DNA of 64,000 nt, from the NCBI GenBank assembly GCA_965178125.1, contig OZ237754.1, positions 806,001 to 870,000 on the forward strand, given 5' to 3'. The DNA is from Bilabrum cf. latius. Its lineage: Eukaryota. Below the pieces are notes generated by a model, which was not told the origin of the DNA, searched no databases, and saw only the letters and a list, made by a program, of their open reading frames with translations. The position numbers were made by a program, and so were the translations under genes. Position 1 is the first letter of the stretch, and the number at the start of each line of letters is the position of its first letter. Shown in pieces: positions 61,349 to 64,000 of the stretch.

Positions 61349-64000
61349 ATGAGCGCTGCAGCCGGAGGCGGAGATGTCAGGGCTGCGTACTCTACTTTCG
61401 GTCTACAGCCTGGAGCCGGGGAAGCACAAATCAGCAGAGCTTTCCGCAAGCTCGCCTTTAAATATCACCCGGATAAAGCGGGTGTAAGCAGTAGTGCTCG
61501 CATGCAACGGCTGAGCGCAATGAAGCAGCGGCTTCTCGATGCAGAGACACGGCTCGCAAGGGGCGAAGACCTGGAGCAAGATACGGGGAGTGGCGACTCT
61601 GAAGATGATGATGACGACGATATCTGGATTCATGAAGAGTCGGGGACAAGGCTTAAGCTCTCAGTGGGGGAAACGCCCGGGGCCACGCTGATGCGACAGA
61701 TTCGACAGATGTGGGCAAAAGCAGATTCTATCAGTGCTGGGAAGCTTCGCGCGCTTTAGAGCATGCAGACAGAAGGCGGTAGACAGTTTTAGATCCTGCT
61801 ACGCGATTGGCATACCGAGGCTAAAAAATTCATCCGGACAGGACCCTGGAACGCCACCCATCCGGCCGTGCGACCTCGATGCGACGACTCAGAGCCTGCA
61901 GCATCTCTCATCATGCCTGCGCTGGTGGCCTTAAGCGAAACGATCCCACTGGGAGACTTCATTGCCACCCTACGGCCGAGCATGTGCGAAGACCGGCCCA
62001 AGGAGGGCGATCCTTCGCGCGACGCCGAGGCGTGGGAGGACGATGCGCTGGCTGTGCTGGACGCCATGGAGGCCGACGGGGAGCCGGAGTCGAGGGACTG
62101 GGACAAGTGGGCTAGGTCTGCGCAGCGGATGGAGCGGCTGCTCGAGTCACTATCACACGCGCGCAACATCCGCGGCGATCAATGCAAGACGTGTGAGTGG
62201 CAGCACCGGCATACGGTGGCCAGAGCCCTTCTACTGCGAGGCGATACGGAGCGGTCCGCATTGCTGGTGGCCAAAGATGTGCAGCACACACTTGCGGCTC
62301 GCAAGCTGGTCGTTCGATCACTGCTTCGTTTGCTGCGGGACATCGCGCAGGAAGCCTTCGATGCCATGCATCCTGACGCCAGTCCCCTGGTGGAATGCTT
62401 GGTGCGTGTTGGTGCAGCGGAGCCGCCACGCCCCACGCCGCCAATGGCGGATGCCCCTGCATCTGGTGGGGACAGATCTTCTGGTGCTCCTGATGGGGAC
62501 AGAGCTGCTGGTGCCTCTAGTGGGGACAGCACTGCTGGTGGGGCGGCTGCACCAGGGCCCGCCTCAGGGGCAGGAGCGGACCCAACTCCGCCCTCTGCTT
62601 CGACCGACCAATCGACTGCACACATGAAACCGCATGATTTAGCCGTGGAGTAGGCCAAGCAAGTAGCCACCTGTCTCCGGGGCTTGGTGGTTGGGCATGC
62701 ACTTGGTGATGTCGGGGCACTGGCTCTTCGAGCTGCCGACGCAATCCTGAAATATGTGCGAGAGTCGGCGAGAGCAAAGCAGCGGCAGGAACTCAAGCTG
62801 CTGTTCGACCGTGGACTGGGACGGGAGGATCACGCGGCCATGGGGAAGGGCATCTGCATGTTGGCAACACCTGCCGATCACGCAGTGCTACAAGAGGCAC
62901 TCTTGCCTTACCTGCGCCGGGACGTGTATAATAGCCCTGCCATCTCCGCGACCAGACGAGCAGCCATCGACGTGGGCAGGGTGTCATGCGGCCTAGCTGG
63001 CCAGGAGTGGAGGATCGGGGCGCGCCCTAAAGCAGCAGCTGGAAAGGCAGCTGCTCCACAGGCTACGGCTGCCACAATCAGCGGGGCTGACGCCATGACC
63101 TTGCTCGGAGGCGCCATGCTACGCGTAGGACCTTTTCAGGATGCCAGGCCGGCGCTGGAACCAGCTGTTCATCTGCTGTGGGGCAAGGTGCTAGCTGCTT
63201 CTGGAGGCATGGATCAGGCGCTTCTGGATCAGGATTGGGGTGCCATCACGCAGCAGCTGACCCCTAGAGGTATGCTTTCCAGTTGGGACAAGGCAATGGA
63301 GAAAATGGCACGCATGGACTCCGTTGGAACTGACCATCCTGCTGACCTCACACAAGCTGGAGAGTGCAACAGCTAGCTCCTGCCAACCTGTGACGAGCTA
63401 GTGCCACCACTCGACACCAAAGCCAACCAGATGGGACTGCCCAAGCTCTCCTTCAAAGGAATCAGTATAAGGCAGGTGCGCCGAATCGAAAAGGTCATCC
63501 TGAGGCGCGTGAGCACTTCTGTTGGAGAGAGGACTGCTGCCGACGGTGGCGCTGCTACTGGTGGATGCAGTGCTGATGCTAGCAAGAGCAAGCCATCCGG
63601 CGGCACTAGGTCTAAAGCAAAAGCCGATGCCAGCACTTCACGCTGCTCTGCGTGCAGAGAGGAGTGGGGTAACCTTGAGGTGGCCTAGGCGCTGCTGGAC
63701 CTGACGATGGCCGCTAACAGCTTGGACGAGGTGGTCGGGGCTTACGTGAATGCAATGCTGTGGCTGTTACGGGAGCTATGTATCGCGTCTCAGGACGAGA
63801 GCTATGACCCGAGACGTAGGACTGGCTCGAGTGGGAGACCGAGTGGTGACGATGCCCCAGGACCGGTGGGTGCTGCCGGTAGTGCCGAGGGTAGCGCTGC
63901 ATCAGTCAAAGGGGCTCAAGCTCCAGGAAGCGATGGTGAATCTGGAGCAGCAGATGCTTCCGAACTCGCTGCTTCAGAAGGCTCCGATGAGGGCTGGTTC
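61349..64000 (+). CDS. DnaJ-domain protein, 3' end outside the window
   Basis: AYSTFGL...ISRAFRKLAFKYHPDK. The frame is open to the window end through TAG at 61757, 61790, 62651, 63374 and 63686. Confidence 0.8.

Noticed and set aside
111-63902. Numerous long overlapping or antisense ORFs in the ORF track
   Set aside because: These are shadow ORFs expected in GC-rich coding DNA. They are Arg/Pro-rich and lack motifs.
1-64000. Cluster of pseudogenes or sequencing errors explaining the broken ORFs
   Set aside because: All interruptions are TAG. None is TAA, TGA or a frameshift, and motifs are intact on both sides. Random decay or error would not be this specific.
1-64000. Pyrrolysine or programmed read-through at TAG
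   Set aside because: The context is eukaryotic, no pyl genes are seen, TAGs are numerous (up to ~18 per gene) and they share no evident downstream signal.
1-64000. Many TAG codons lie in CTAGG context, hinting at CCAGG methyl-C deamination
   Set aside because: Third-position C and first-position G bias already predict this context. A statistical test is needed before it can be claimed.

Overview
GC-rich, gene-dense eukaryotic DNA, probably from a flagellated protist. It has GT-AG introns concentrated near gene 5' ends, a BBS1 gene and a mitochondrial L7/L12 gene. The main result is that the ORF track is fragmented because this genome uses a non-standard nuclear code. About 75 in-frame TAG codons interrupt otherwise intact conserved genes. 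They sit at Gln positions of homologues and are interleaved with CAG/CAA in poly-Gln tracts. Every complete gene I could trace ends in TGA, and I found TAA neither as an internal codon nor as a terminator, so TAG=Gln appears uncoupled from TAA. Read this way, the window holds about 19 genes: an SLC35D-like transporter, a FAN/NSMAF-like BEACH-WD40 protein, a sulfatase, a PP2A-B56/AGC-kinase fusion, PRMT9, LRMDA, a SETD3-like protein, a Gln-rich putative transcription factor, BBS1, a CDK7-like kinase, a giant ATE1, an NCKX exchanger, an EF-hand protein, mitochondrial L12, a GH2 enzyme, a DnaJ protein and others. It also holds a complete TA-flanked pogo/Fot1-like transposon that itself uses TAG codons. 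Further unexplained patterns are two short motifs (TGTGACGAG and CAGGGAACAA) strongly over-represented in coding DNA on both strands, and tandem duplications centred on stop codons. All counts and family assignments were made by eye from recalled motifs; no searches were run.
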